Shown here piece after piece: positions 8,550 to 17,877 of a stretch of DNA of 42,369 nucleotides. Within the stretch, counting starts at the first letter, position 1. Each line of letters opens with the position of its first letter. Origin of the DNA: a virus. The stretch lies in the IMG/VR virus record IMGVR_UViG_3300045988_054763; one strand, given 5' to 3'. Below the pieces are notes generated by a model that was given only the letters and a program-made list of their open reading frames with translations, ran no database searches and was not told the DNA's origin. The position numbers and the translations under genes are program-made.

Positions 8550-9725
8550 GTGCCGAAATACCCATTCTCCCCTCCTGTTTTGGATGCGCTGCCGGAAGAA
8601 CTGGCAGAGCTGTACCGTGGACTTGAGGACACGCTGCTGATGGAGATATGCTCCCGCCTGAAACTTCGGGATGAGCTGAACGAGGTTACGGTGCAGGACA
8701 TCAAGGTGCTGCGGTCACACGGCATCGATCTGAAAGAGATTGAAAAGGCCATACGCCAGGCTACCGGCATCAGCGAGAAAAAGCTGAACGAGCTGATAGA
8801 CGATGTGGTGGAGCGCAACCAAAAGTATTACACCGAGGTCATAGACCTTGCCCGTGTAACACAGCCTGACGTGCTGGTGGATGCACCCACCATTGACGCA
8901 ATCAGGCGGCAGACGCAGGATGCGTTCCGCAACATCACTGCTTCGATGGGGTTTTTGGTAGACGCAGGGCGGACGATGCTGCCCCCCGCAAAGGCGTACC
9001 AGCACGCCTTAGATGCGGCGGAGATGATGATACAAAGCGGAGCAATTTCTTATAACGAGGCAATCAAACGCAGCGTTAAGGAACTGGCCGATAGCGGATT
9101 GAGGGTGGTTGACTACGAGAGCGGCCATCGAGATCAGATCGATGTAGCTGCACGCCGCGCCGTAATGACTGGCGTATCGCAGTTGTGTAGTAAGTACACG
9201 GAGCAAGCGGCGGAATACTTGGAAACGCCGTATTATGAAGTGTCTGCCCACGCCGGGGCGCGTGATGTACCAGGGCGGTCACCGTGGGCATCTCACAAGG
9301 AGTGGCAGGGCAAAGTGTACTCCACCCGCAGCGGCGACATCTACCCGAACATCTACGAGGTTTGCGGTCTGGGTGCTGTGGATGGTCTGGAAGGAGCCAA
9401 CTGTCGCCACCGCCGCAACGTTTGGGCTGAGGGCGTAAGCGAACGCACCTACACAGACGAACAGCTTTCCCACATTGACGATGGTTTGGGCTGTACGTTT
9501 GATGGCAAGACCTATACGGCATACGAGGCCACGCAGGAGCAGCGCAAGGTGGAGCGCACCATACGCAAGCTCAAGCGCGAGAAAGCCGCTTACAAGGCCG
9601 CAGGATTGCATGAAGAAGAACAGGCGGTAAACATACGGCTGCGGCGGTTAAACGCCAAATACAAGGCGTTCAGCGCGGCGGCAGGGCTGCCAGAGCAGCG
9701 GGAGAGAATGAAGGTGCTGTATTGA
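8550..9725 (+). CDS. Head morphogenesis / minor capsid protein (SPP1 gp7 / Mu F-like)
   Basis: It follows the portal gene. The segment HAGARDVPGRSPWASHKEWQGKVY...GANCRHRR is typical of the gp7 family. GTG start. Confidence 0.7.
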   Translation: MPKYPFSPPVLDALPEELAELYRGLEDTLLMEICSRLKLRDELNEVTVQDIKVLRSHGIDLKEIEKAIRQATGISEKKLNELIDDVVERNQKYYTEVIDLARVTQPDVLVDAPTIDAIRRQTQDAFRNITASMGFLVDAGRTMLPPAKAYQHALDAAEMMIQSGAISYNEAIKRSVKELADSGLRVVDYESGHRDQIDVAARRAVMTGVSQLCSKYTEQAAEYLETPYYEVSAHAGARDVPGRSPWASHKEWQGKVYSTRSGDIYPNIYEVCGLGAVDGLEGANCRHRRNVWAEGVSERTYTDEQLSHIDDGLGCTFDGKTYTAYEATQEQRKVERTIRKLKREKAAYKAAGLHEEEQAVNIRLRRLNAKYKAFSAAAGLPEQRERMKVLY

Positions 9726-9806
9726 ATTGGGAAGAAGTCAAAAAGGCAACTGAATTTTGTAATACGCAGCGGGGAATGACGCTGTGGAAATAAAAGGAGA
9801 GTAAAA

Positions 9807-10304
9807 ATGGCAGACGAAACTATGACTTTTGATGAAATACTGGCTGACCCCACCTATAAGGCGGAGTTTGACAGGCGAATCACAAAGGCACTTTCGACTG
9901 TTCAGAGCAAACTGGACGCGGAAGTGGAGAAGAACAAGCAGTTTGCAGCGAACGGCAGCGCGGAAACGGAAGCGCTCAAAAAGGAGATTGAGGGCTACAA
10001 GTCCAAGATCGCCGATTATGACTACGCAGATGTGATCCGTAAGACGCTTGCTGAAAAGGGCGTGAAATTCAGCTCTAAGGCTGCGGAAAAGGCGTATTTG
10101 GCAGACCTGAAAGCAAAGCACCTTGAAATCAAGGACGGTGCGCTTGATGGGTTTGACGAATGGCACAAGGCGCAAGTCAGCGCCGATCCGTCCGCGTTCC
10201 AAGACGGCGTAAAAATTGACTGGTCCGCTGCTGTTGGCGGCGGCGAAAAGAAAACAGATACCAATGCCGCGATGAACAACCTGATTCGCGGCGCACTGAA
10301 ATAA
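9807..10304 (+). CDS. Capsid scaffolding protein (DUF4355-like)
   Basis: MADETMTFDEILADPTYKAEFDRRITKAL, coiled-coil rich, immediately upstream of the capsid gene. Confidence 0.7.
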   Translation: MADETMTFDEILADPTYKAEFDRRITKALSTVQSKLDAEVEKNKQFAANGSAETEALKKEIEGYKSKIADYDYADVIRKTLAEKGVKFSSKAAEKAYLADLKAKHLEIKDGALDGFDEWHKAQVSADPSAFQDGVKIDWSAAVGGGEKKTDTNAAMNNLIRGALK

Positions 10305-10320
10305 AAAAGGAGAATCAAAA

Positions 10321-11532
10321 ATGGCAAGTATTGATCGTTCCGCACTTTCCGGCCTTATCCCGGAACCCGTAACCCGCGAAATCATGCAGGGCGCTATCGC
10401 CGAATCTGCTGTCCTTCGTATGGGCCGCAGGCTGGCGAATATGTCCAGCAAGACGCAGACTATCAACGTGCTCGACGCGCTTCCCTCCGCGTATTTCGTC
10501 AACGGCGAAGCGACCGGCGACGGCGCGGGCGACGCATTCAAGCAGACCACCAAAATGGCGTGGGACAAGAAGAAGCTGTATGCCGAGGAAATCGCGGTTA
10601 TCGTCCCCATTCCCGAGGCTGCTCTCGATGATGCGGACTATGACATTTGGGGCGAGGTCAAGCCCCGTCTGACCGAGGCTTTCGGCAAGGTCATTGACGC
10701 GGCTATCCTGTTTGGCACAAACAAGCCGAGCACTTGGCGCGCTGGAGTTGTTCCTGCTGCTGTCGCTTCTGGCAACGGTGTGCCCATCAGCTCCGACATT
10801 TTCAGCGACATCATGGGCGAGAACGGCCTGATCGCCAAGGTCGAGCTGGACGGCTTTAACCCCAACGGCGTGATGTCCGCCATCCAGATGCGCGGCAAGC
10901 TCCGTGGTCTGAAGGACACCACCGGCCAGCCTATCTTCAAGTCCGATATGCAGGGGTCTACGCGCTACGGCCTTGACGGTATGGACATGTACTTCCCCAT
11001 GAACGGCGCGTTCGATCCTGCGCAGGCGCAGATGATCGTCGGCGACTGGAGCCAGCTTGTCTACGCCATCCGTCAGGACATGACGTTCAAGATTTTCACC
11101 GAGGGTGTTATCCAGGATCCCACCACCAAGGCCATCACTTACAACCTGATGCAGAACGATATGGTCGCTCTCCGTGCGGTCATGCGTCTCGGCTGGGAGA
11201 TCGCGAATCCCGTTAACGCTTACAACGCGGATAAGGCTGACCCGTTCCCGTTCTCTGTGTACGGAAAGGGCGGCGACATCTCCGCTGTCACCGTCTCGCC
11301 CGCTACCGCGACGATGGCAAAGGGCGACAGCAAGGCGTTTACTGCTGCCGTTACCGGCGAGGGCATCATCAACGGCGAGGTCGAGTGGAGCCAGAATGGC
11401 ACGAAGTCCAAAATCAGCGAAGACGGCTTGCTGACTATCGACTCCGCTGAGACTAAGACCAGTATCACCGTCACGGCCAAGTCCAAGCAGGACGGCACCA
11501 AGACCGGAACTGCTACCGTTACCGTTTCTTGA
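10321..11532 (+). CDS. Major capsid protein with a C-terminal Ig-like (Big_2-type) domain
   Basis: Size and position fit. C-terminal VTVSPATATMAKGDSKAFTAAVTGEG...TATVTVS is an Ig-like repeat signature. Confidence 0.8.
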   Translation: MASIDRSALSGLIPEPVTREIMQGAIAESAVLRMGRRLANMSSKTQTINVLDALPSAYFVNGEATGDGAGDAFKQTTKMAWDKKKLYAEEIAVIVPIPEAALDDADYDIWGEVKPRLTEAFGKVIDAAILFGTNKPSTWRAGVVPAAVASGNGVPISSDIFSDIMGENGLIAKVELDGFNPNGVMSAIQMRGKLRGLKDTTGQPIFKSDMQGSTRYGLDGMDMYFPMNGAFDPAQAQMIVGDWSQLVYAIRQDMTFKIFTEGVIQDPTTKAITYNLMQNDMVALRAVMRLGWEIANPVNAYNADKADPFPFSVYGKGGDISAVTVSPATATMAKGDSKAFTAAVTGEGIINGEVEWSQNGTKSKISEDGLLTIDSAETKTSITVTAKSKQDGTKTGTATVTVS

Positions 11533-11552
11533 TCTGAAAGGAGCTGACCCGT

Positions 11553-11984
11553 ATGGCATACGCTGAATATACATACTACGCCGGAATCTATATGGGTTCT
11601 GTGAGCGAGGAGGATTTTCCGCGTCTGGCTGTTCGGGCCAGCTCCTTCCTCGACTACTACACGATGGGGAAAGCTGAAAGCCACGCCGATTTGGACGCGG
11701 TAAAGATGTGTTGCTGTGCGTTGATCGACCAGTACGCTTTGCTGGATGCGGCGCAGAAGGCGGCGACAAAAAGCCTTGCCAATGCAGGCGACCCGGAAAC
11801 CAAGAGCGAATCGGTAGGCAGCTATTCCCGCACGCTTACGACCGGTGGCGAAGCGGCAAAGTCTGTGCTGGATGTGGTAAGCACCAGTAAACAAATGCTT
11901 GCAAACCTGTGCAATGAGTATCTGGCGCATACCGGACTTTTGTATCGGGGAGGTGACTGCAAATGTACGCTCCCCACACTGTAA
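11553..11984 (+). CDS. Head-tail connector (gp6-like DNA packaging protein)
   Basis: YAGIYMGSVSEEDFPRLAVRASSFLDYYT pattern, placed after the capsid gene. Confidence 0.6.
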   Translation: MAYAEYTYYAGIYMGSVSEEDFPRLAVRASSFLDYYTMGKAESHADLDAVKMCCCALIDQYALLDAAQKAATKSLANAGDPETKSESVGSYSRTLTTGGEAAKSVLDVVSTSKQMLANLCNEYLAHTGLLYRGGDCKCTLPTL

Positions 11985-12412
11985 CGATCTACAACTCTGT
12001 CAAGGAAACCGACCCGGCAACCTTTAAGGACGTTACTAAGCTCTATGTCACGATTTTACGCGGCGTGCTGTGTGAAGCGTCAAAGGGCTCAAATGTGCGC
12101 AAGACCGGGTTAGAGGGCGCGGATGCGGTCAACCTGTATATCCCGTTTTCCGTAGAAGCAATAGACGGAACGACGGGTAAGCCCAAGAAGTACACCGGGC
12201 CGCAAGAGTTTTACCGCGCCACGGATAAGACCGGACTGTGGACGCTTTCAGTCAGCGGCAACGGTGGGGTTACGTTTTTCATCAAGGGCGTGTTTATCAC
12301 CGACAAGGAAGATGTGGCGCTTTCACAGGATAACTGTTGGAATCTGACAAAGGTAGACGCAATGGACTTTGGCAGCGAAGATATGCAGCATTGGGAATGC
12401 GGAGGCGTATGA
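11963..12412 (+). CDS. Head closure / head-tail adaptor protein
   Basis: Synteny between the connector and tail genes. Overlapping starts. Confidence 0.5.
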   Translation: MYAPHTVTIYNSVKETDPATFKDVTKLYVTILRGVLCEASKGSNVRKTGLEGADAVNLYIPFSVEAIDGTTGKPKKYTGPQEFYRATDKTGLWTLSVSGNGGVTFFIKGVFITDKEDVALSQDNCWNLTKVDAMDFGSEDMQHWECGGV

Positions 12413-12413
12413 G

Positions 12414-12824
12414 ATGGCGCTAAAATTTACCATCGACGTCTCTGGCATGGATGCAGTCAAAGAATCCATTGCAAGAGCTTGCAGTCGCGCAGAACACGCG
12501 CTTGCGGTACAGGTGGCAAAAGATACCGCGCCATTTGTCCCGATGCGCACAGGATCGTTGAGAACGCGGACGCGGGTATCCGGGAACGAGATTATCTACC
12601 CCGGCCCATACGCTCGGTATCTCTATTACGGCAAACTGTACGTTGATCCGCTGACGGGAAGTTCCTATGCGAGAAAAGGCGTAACAAAAGTTTCGGCGGT
12701 GCCTGAGAAAGACCTGAAGTTTTGGCATCCAAATACATCCTCGCACTGGTTTGAATCGTCGAAAGCTCAAAACCTCCCAAAGTGGCTACGCGTAGCAGAA
12801 AAGGCGGTAAAGAATGATCTCTAA
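12414..12824 (+). CDS. Minor capsid / tail-completion protein (HK97 gp10-like)
   Basis: Pattern KDTAPFVPMRTGSLRTRT...YARYLYYG, plus synteny. Confidence 0.55.
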   Translation: MALKFTIDVSGMDAVKESIARACSRAEHALAVQVAKDTAPFVPMRTGSLRTRTRVSGNEIIYPGPYARYLYYGKLYVDPLTGSSYARKGVTKVSAVPEKDLKFWHPNTSSHWFESSKAQNLPKWLRVAEKAVKNDL

Positions 12825-13278
12825 AGAAAAGCCCGTAACCCTTGCGTCAAGCGTTGAAAAATCCGATCTCGACCGCCTTGTATTGATTTGGGCGAACAAA
12901 TGCCCCAATATCCCCGATAACGTGGAGCTGATTAAGTATGAGTATTTCGCGGCGAAAACGGTAGGCATGGCGCTTTCGTCCGTGCAAGGCGCTGTTATTA
13001 CCAAGAAATACATCTGCGGCGGGTATCAGGCGGAATATTCGTTTGAAATCCACTACCAGATCGCGCCTCCGGGGACAAGCGATGACACGCGCTTAAAGGC
13101 AGTCGAGGCTTTGAACAAATTTGCGGACTGGGCTAACACACAGCGCCCGGACATTGGCGAGGGGAGACGCGCCCTCCGCGTAGAGACAGCGGCTTTTGCG
13201 TCGTATCTCGGCGCAACCAGCGACAAATACGAGGACTATATGGTTCCTCTTAAACTAACATACGAGGTGAATGTATAA
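12814..13278 (+). CDS. Tail terminator / minor structural protein
   Basis: Synteny, directly upstream of the major tail gene. Confidence 0.45.
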   Translation: MISKEKPVTLASSVEKSDLDRLVLIWANKCPNIPDNVELIKYEYFAAKTVGMALSSVQGAVITKKYICGGYQAEYSFEIHYQIAPPGTSDDTRLKAVEALNKFADWANTQRPDIGEGRRALRVETAAFASYLGATSDKYEDYMVPLKLTYEVNV

Positions 13279-13799
13279 TGGCAGATTTAACTTTTGCGAC
13301 CTCCGAAGGCCAGACCATTGACCGCGAGCTTTTGATTGCGTATCTGAATACTGGCACGCCATCGGCTCCCGTTTGGAGTGCCATCGGTAAGCGTGTGGAA
13401 GATTCCACCGAGGAAATGGACTGGGGACAGGAGAGCAAGCAGGACATCCTTGGTAACACCTTTACCACCATGAAAAAGCCCGTTATTACGCAGACGTTTG
13501 ACCCGATTCCTTTGGATGCGGGCGACGCGGCGGCGGTCAAGATGTGGAATCTTGCGGTCAAAGATCACGACGCGCAGGCGCTTGCCAATCAGGACATGAT
13601 GATTGGCCACTTCTACGCCACGAGCGGCGACGCGAAGTTTGCCGAGCGCTATGATTCCTGCGCTATTGCAGTGACGTCCATCGGCGGCGACGGCGGCGGC
13701 ACGCTCAACATCGCGAGCGAGATCACTTACGGCGGCAACCGGACGCTTGGCACGATTACCAAGAGCGCCAGCGGCGTGACCTTTACGGCAGATACTTAA
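13278..13799 (+). CDS. Major tail protein
   Basis: 173 aa, followed by a strong terminator and the chaperone pair and tape measure. Confidence 0.65.
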   Translation: MADLTFATSEGQTIDRELLIAYLNTGTPSAPVWSAIGKRVEDSTEEMDWGQESKQDILGNTFTTMKKPVITQTFDPIPLDAGDAAAVKMWNLAVKDHDAQALANQDMMIGHFYATSGDAKFAERYDSCAIAVTSIGGDGGGTLNIASEITYGGNRTLGTITKSASGVTFTADT

Positions 13800-13806
13800 C
13801 AGAAAA

Positions 13807-13831
13807 GGGCGGGAACCTTCCCGCCCTTATT
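13807..13831 (+). terminator. Intrinsic terminator after the major tail gene
   Basis: gggcggga-acct-tcccgccc followed by ttatt. Confidence 0.7.
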
Positions 13832-13841
13832 CGGAGGAATT

Positions 13842-14258
13842 ATGAAAAAAGTAATCATTGATTCCGGCGTGCAGGAATACAGCCTGAACGACAAGTGCAG
13901 CGTTTTTTTTAATCCGGCCGACACGGAATTTGCTGACAGAATTTATACGGCATTTGAAGAGCTGAGAAAAAAGCAGGAAAAACGCACGGTTGAGCTTGAA
14001 AAAATGACGACGCGGGAGACCTTTGACTATCTTAAACGGCTTGACAGAGAAATGCGCGATACTATTGACGGCGTATTTGGGCAACCTGTATGCGAGACTC
14101 TATTTGGCTCTATGAGTGTATACGCAAGCGCGGGCGGTACGCCTGTGTGGATGAATCTGATGCTTGCTATTATCGACGAGCTGGACGAAGGCGTGAAGCG
14201 TGAAAAGGCGTTTCACAGCGAAAAGCTCGCCAAGTATACAAAGAAATATCACCGATGA
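13842..14258 (+). CDS. Tail assembly chaperone
   Basis: Position between the major tail and tape measure genes. Acidic 138-aa protein. Confidence 0.55.
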   Translation: MKKVIIDSGVQEYSLNDKCSVFFNPADTEFADRIYTAFEELRKKQEKRTVELEKMTTRETFDYLKRLDREMRDTIDGVFGQPVCETLFGSMSVYASAGGTPVWMNLMLAIIDELDEGVKREKAFHSEKLAKYTKKYHR

Positions 14259-14800
14259 TGTATGACCTGCCGCGCACCGTGATGGTGTGTGGGACGAGCT
14301 ATGAGATCGAAACAAATTTTCGCGCGATCCTTGACATTTTTTCTCTGCTGGCGGATGCGGACCTGACAAACGAAGAAAAAGGCATCGGTATGCTTGGCAT
14401 TTTCTATAAGGATTTCTGCCAAATGCCAAGTGAGCATTTTCAGGAGGCCTTGCATCAATGCTTTTGGTTTATCAACGGCGGAAATGAAGAAATGCAGCAG
14501 AAATCACCGAAGTTAATGGATTGGGAGCAGGATTTCCCGTATCTGATCGCACCGATCAATCGTGTGGCAGGACAGGAGATTCGCGCGGTCGAATATCTGC
14601 ATTGGTGGACGTTTCTTTCGTACTACTACGAGATCGGAGATTGCTACTTTGCACAGATCGTTCGAATCCGCGACCTCAAGGCCCGCGGGAAACTGACGGA
14701 CAAAACGGACAAAGAGTTTTATCGCAAGAACCGAGAAGCGGTAGACCTAAAAATGCGCTACTCGGAAATGGAAGAGGACATTATCAAGGGCTGGGTATAA
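14255..14800 (+). CDS. Gp15-like tail assembly protein
   Basis: MMYDLPRTVMVCGTSYEIETNFRAILDIFSLL resembles the phage Gp15 family. ATGATG overlap with the upstream gene. Confidence 0.55.
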   Translation: MMYDLPRTVMVCGTSYEIETNFRAILDIFSLLADADLTNEEKGIGMLGIFYKDFCQMPSEHFQEALHQCFWFINGGNEEMQQKSPKLMDWEQDFPYLIAPINRVAGQEIRAVEYLHWWTFLSYYYEIGDCYFAQIVRIRDLKARGKLTDKTDKEFYRKNREAVDLKMRYSEMEEDIIKGWV

Positions 14801-14803
14801 AAA

Positions 14804-14825
14804 TCCGCCCTCCGAAGAGGGCGGA
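14804..14825. terminator. Hairpin between convergent genes; the T-run is on the minus strand
   Basis: A 9-bp stem (tccgccctc-cgaa-gagggcgga), with AAAAA on the + side giving a U-run for the minus-strand gene. Confidence 0.65.
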
Positions 14826-14830
14826 ACGGG

Positions 14831-15448
14831 TCAATTTGTTGCAATAAATGTGATGTCCTTCCCTGCCCAAAAGTCAGGGATAAACCGAATTTCCAATTCT
14901 TTCCAATCTTTTGAGACTTCATAACCAACAACACCGTTCATTTTTTTCCCGGCGGCAATCGAGCCATCAAGCTGTTTCTTGTCTGTTGATACTGTTCCTG
15001 TAAGGCTTAACGTTGTTGAATAATCATCGACATACGCATCGAAAGAAACAAGAGAACTTACAGCGATATCTTTTTCGGATTTGTTGTCAATAGAAAACTC
15101 GCATATCAAAAAGACGTTGCCATCTTCTGGCTCGAGGTATTGTTTTCCGTTAGATTCTGTACAGGAAACAAAAGTAACCTCAATATTATTTAAGGAAACG
15201 ACGTCACCAACATAAAACTCGGTTTTTTGTTCTTCCTGCTGCTTCTCCGGAGCATCAACTTCGCCAACTTTTTTAGGCTCGTTGTCTCCTCCGTTAATTG
15301 CTGCACCAATTAGACCAATGCCAAAGACAACAAGAATTATTCCAAGGATTGGATGCCGCTTTTTTTGCTTTGCGCCGCACTTAGGACAAATATTCGCTGA
15401 CTTTGCTATGGGTTCTCCACAAGTTCTGCAAGTAGTCATTTTATCCAC
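14831..15448 (-). CDS. Zinc-ribbon, single-TM, DUF4352-like extracellular domain protein (moron)
   Basis: CRTCGEPI..CPKCG zinc ribbon, TM segment HPILGIILVVFGIGLIGAAI, and a beta-rich C-terminal domain. Opposite strand and visibly AT-rich. GTG start after ggagggg. Confidence 0.7.
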   Translation of the reverse strand: MDKMTTCRTCGEPIAKSANICPKCGAKQKKRHPILGIILVVFGIGLIGAAINGGDNEPKKVGEVDAPEKQQEEQKTEFYVGDVVSLNNIEVTFVSCTESNGKQYLEPEDGNVFLICEFSIDNKSEKDIAVSSLVSFDAYVDDYSTTLSLTGTVSTDKKQLDGSIAAGKKMNGVVGYEVSKDWKELEIRFIPDFWAGKDITFIATN

Positions 15449-15527
15449 AATATTCCCCTCCTAAATTAAATTTTTGTGGTTTATTTAATATACCACATTG
15501 CAAATTCAAAAGCAAGCAGGTGATTTT

Positions 15528-17480
15528 ATGGCTGATGGTTCCGTTGTCATCAATACGGAAATAGACGCAAAAGATGCGCAGAAAAAATTAAGCTCGCTTG
15601 AAAAGAAAATTGATCGGTTAAATAACAAAGCATATCAGGCAAAGCAGGCAAAAATGCCGTTAGAGCAACAGTCGCTTGAGCTTGGCGCCGCACTTGATAC
15701 CGCAAAGAAGAAGCTCGATTTGCTCCAAAGCAGCAATGCCTCGTCTGATGCTATCAAGGATCAGGCCGAAACAGTAACGTCGATTCAGTACCGGTGGAAC
15801 CAGGTCAACAATCAGATTGAACGCTATGACAAGTCGATTTCCAACGCGAAAATAGAAATTGACTTCACAAAAGAAAAAGCCGGTGAGCTTGCCACATATC
15901 TGGCAGAATCCGGGGAAAACGCCGGGAAGATGAACGCAGGAGTCAAAAAGGCCGCCAAGAGTGCGGATGCATTTTCCAAGCGGATCAAGGCGGTCGTTCG
16001 TAGCGCATTGGTATTCACGGTCATTACACAGGCCCTCTCTAAATTGCGCAACTGGGCGGGCGACGTTATCAAGACAAGCCCTGAAGCGGCGGCCGCTATC
16101 GCGCAGCTCAAAGGCGCGCTGTTGACAATGGTACAACCATTGGTCGATGTTATTATTCCGGCGTTTACCGCGCTTGTACAAGTGCTTACGGCTGTTGTGG
16201 CAAAAATTGCGCAGTTTGTAGCTGCCATTTCCGGCAAAAGCCTTGCGGCGTCCACAGAATCCGCGAAAGCCTTAAACAACCAAACCAAAGCACTCAAAGG
16301 CACAGGAAAAGCAGCAAAGGATGCGAGCAAATCTTTTGCGTCGTTCGATGAAATCAATAAGCTATCCGGAACGAGCGACAATTCAGGAAGCGGCGCGGAT
16401 TCGGAAAGCATCGCGCCTAATTTTGATTTTCTTGATGGTGTTTCCGACCGTCTAAAAAGCATCGCTACGGCGGTTGCGCTGATCGGTACGGGCCTTGCTT
16501 TATGGAAGGTATCTGATTCGCTTCCAGGCACTCTTGGCCTTATCGCCACAAAGCTTGGCGGTATCGCAATCGCGGCAGGCGGGTTAGCCTTAATGTGGGA
16601 CGGCCTAAAAGACGCATGGGAAAACGGAATCGACTGGACAAATTTTCTCGAGATACTCGCGGGCGCGGGCGCTTTGGTTGGCGGCCTTGCGCTGGCGTTT
16701 GGTAAGGTCGGCGCGGGTATCGGCCTTGTGGTCGCCGGTGCAGCTCTGATCGTCACAGCGTTCCGCGACATAGAGAAGAACGGCGTCAACCTGAAAAATG
16801 TTTTGATGCTGATCGCCGGTCTGCTGGCCGCAGGGCTTGGCATTTCGGTTTTGACGGGTTCGTGGGTGCCGCTGATGATCGCCGCTATTGCTGGAATTGT
16901 TGTGGCAATGCTCGCGTGGACGGGCAACCTCAAAGAGTTTATAGACAGCATTAAGGGAATCTTTTCCGGCTTGATCGACTTTATTACAGGCGTGTTTAGC
17001 GGCGACCTTGATAAAGCGTTTAACGGACTGAAAAAGATGCTAAAAAACCTAATTAATGCCGACATCATTCTTGTGGAAAGCTTTATCAACACGATTATTC
17101 GCGCGGTGAATTGGCTGATCTCGCAACTGAATAAGATCCATTTTGAGCTGCCTGATTGGGTACCCGGGATCGGCGGGCTGTCTTTTGGTGTAAATATTCC
17201 TGCTATTTCAGAAAAGAAACTGCCACGGCTTGCACAGGGAGCGGTCATCCCTCCAAACCGTGAATTTCTGGCAGTGCTGGGCGACCAGAAACAGGGCACA
17301 AACATCGAAACACCGCTGCCTACTATGATTCAAGCGTTCAAACAGGCGCTTGCGGAAATCGGATACAACGGCAACAACGAGGCAGTATTGGTGCTTGATC
17401 GTGAAGTGCTTGGAAAGGTAGTGTACAAGCTCAACAAGGCAGAGAGCAAGCGTATTGGCGTGAATCTTGCGGGGGTGTGA
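15528..17480 (+). CDS. Tail tape measure protein
   Basis: 650 aa with a coiled-coil N-terminus and a long Gly/Ala-rich hydrophobic central region, in the expected position. Confidence 0.85.
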   Translation: MADGSVVINTEIDAKDAQKKLSSLEKKIDRLNNKAYQAKQAKMPLEQQSLELGAALDTAKKKLDLLQSSNASSDAIKDQAETVTSIQYRWNQVNNQIERYDKSISNAKIEIDFTKEKAGELATYLAESGENAGKMNAGVKKAAKSADAFSKRIKAVVRSALVFTVITQALSKLRNWAGDVIKTSPEAAAAIAQLKGALLTMVQPLVDVIIPAFTALVQVLTAVVAKIAQFVAAISGKSLAASTESAKALNNQTKALKGTGKAAKDASKSFASFDEINKLSGTSDNSGSGADSESIAPNFDFLDGVSDRLKSIATAVALIGTGLALWKVSDSLPGTLGLIATKLGGIAIAAGGLALMWDGLKDAWENGIDWTNFLEILAGAGALVGGLALAFGKVGAGIGLVVAGAALIVTAFRDIEKNGVNLKNVLMLIAGLLAAGLGISVLTGSWVPLMIAAIAGIVVAMLAWTGNLKEFIDSIKGIFSGLIDFITGVFSGDLDKAFNGLKKMLKNLINADIILVESFINTIIRAVNWLISQLNKIHFELPDWVPGIGGLSFGVNIPAISEKKLPRLAQGAVIPPNREFLAVLGDQKQGTNIETPLPTMIQAFKQALAEIGYNGNNEAVLVLDREVLGKVVYKLNKAESKRIGVNLAGV

Positions 17481-17481
17481 C

Positions 17482-17877
17482 ATGAGCTATATCAAGCTGA
17501 ATGGGATCACATTTGATGCGGATGTGGCGATTTCCAAATACACCCGTTATTTCAACGTGCTCGACGGGGAAAACGCTGGCCGCGTAATGACGGGACGCAT
17601 GGTGCGCGATGTTATCGGCACATACCTGGGGCACAAAGTAACCGTTTTCCGCAGGGGCGATAATCAAAAAGGTTTGGACGCATTTTGGGATTATCTCTAC
17701 GCGCATTCTGTCGATGATAGCGTGCAGCTGGAGGCGGCAGACGGGCAGACTACCATTTCCTACGAAGCATATTACACGAGCGCGTCGCAGGATATTGAAA
17801 AGGTCGAAAACGGCGTGAATTATTGGGGCGAAATTGAGATCAATTTTATTCCGATCGAAGCGCAGGTGACGCCATGA
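17482..17877 (+). CDS. Small tail protein (distal-tail position)
   Basis: Synteny directly after the tape measure gene. Confidence 0.45.
   Translation: MSYIKLNGITFDADVAISKYTRYFNVLDGENAGRVMTGRMVRDVIGTYLGHKVTVFRRGDNQKGLDAFWDYLYAHSVDDSVQLEAADGQTTISYEAYYTSASQDIEKVENGVNYWGEIEINFIPIEAQVTP

Noticed and set aside
10315-11769. A 484-aa ORF on the minus strand opposite the capsid gene. Similar long antisense ORFs occur at 9738-10610, 15824-17305, 20422-21036, 22007-22693, 23354-23968, 25508-26227, 26550-27449, 28807-29664 and 39455-40384.
   Set aside because: They lie antisense to well-supported genes in GC-rich DNA. Their products are Arg/Ala/Gly/Pro-rich low-complexity sequences with no RBS or motifs, which is typical of stop-codon-poor shadow frames.
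13967-13973. An A_AAA_AAG slippery heptamer in the correct frame within the tail chaperone gene, which could signal -1 frameshifting as in gpG/gpGT.
   Set aside because: The -1 frame hits a stop after about 8 codons, so no extended product is made. The two chaperone-position genes are joined by an ordinary ATGATG overlap.
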